Positions 63,828 to 64,000 of a DNA stretch of 64,000 nucleotides are shown piece by piece. This stretch comes from Macrostomum hystrix (Eukaryota; Animalia; Platyhelminthes): positions 2,232,001 to 2,296,000 of the forward strand of contig CATNEN010000024.1 of assembly GCA_950097015.1 (NCBI GenBank). Direction: 5' to 3'. Made by a program: the position numbers and the translations under genes. Each line of letters begins with the position of its first letter. Position 1 is the stretch's first letter. Below the pieces are notes generated by a model that made no database searches, was not told the origin of the DNA, and saw nothing but the letters and a program-made list of their open reading frames with translations.

Positions 63828-64000
63828 GGCAAATTCAGAGTAGGCCTAGCTTCTTTGTGTCAATATACTTTCTGTTTCTTACTCGTAATGAACCATAGCA
63901 AAAATTTTACTTTCCTGTACAATAAGTATATAAATTAGTTCTACTGTATGACATTTTTAACATTGTATACAACTGTTAAAAAACATGCTGCAATGTAACC

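Overview
Intron-containing, repeat-saturated animal genomic DNA: GT-AG introns, GC-rich exons, AT-rich spacers, no operons or CRISPR. The style (a different minisatellite in most long introns) suggests a Macrostomum-like flatworm, but this is inference only. Genes built by hand from splice sites and reading frame: TRH-receptor-like GPCR (+, 3 exons), a small 3-exon secreted disulfide-loop peptide gene missed by the ORF track (+), a 15-exon Ca2+/calmodulin-dependent PDE1 (-), a 5-exon TLCD3/FAM57-like TLC-domain gene (-), a single-exon SBK1-like kinase (+), a candidate mucin-like exon (+), a 3-exon FBXO4-like gene (+), RPLP2 (-) and an orphan AT-hook ORF (+). Mobile DNA: a decayed IS630/Tc1-type element with a hAT MITE nested in its right TIR, a second copy of that MITE, a foldback MITE with an 8-bp TSD, and two tRNA-headed SINE families. 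About 30 tandem arrays (14-37 bp units) account for most long ORFs in the track and are largely non-coding. Coordinates were counted by eye; array edges are approximate. No database searches were run, so family calls rest on remembered motifs.
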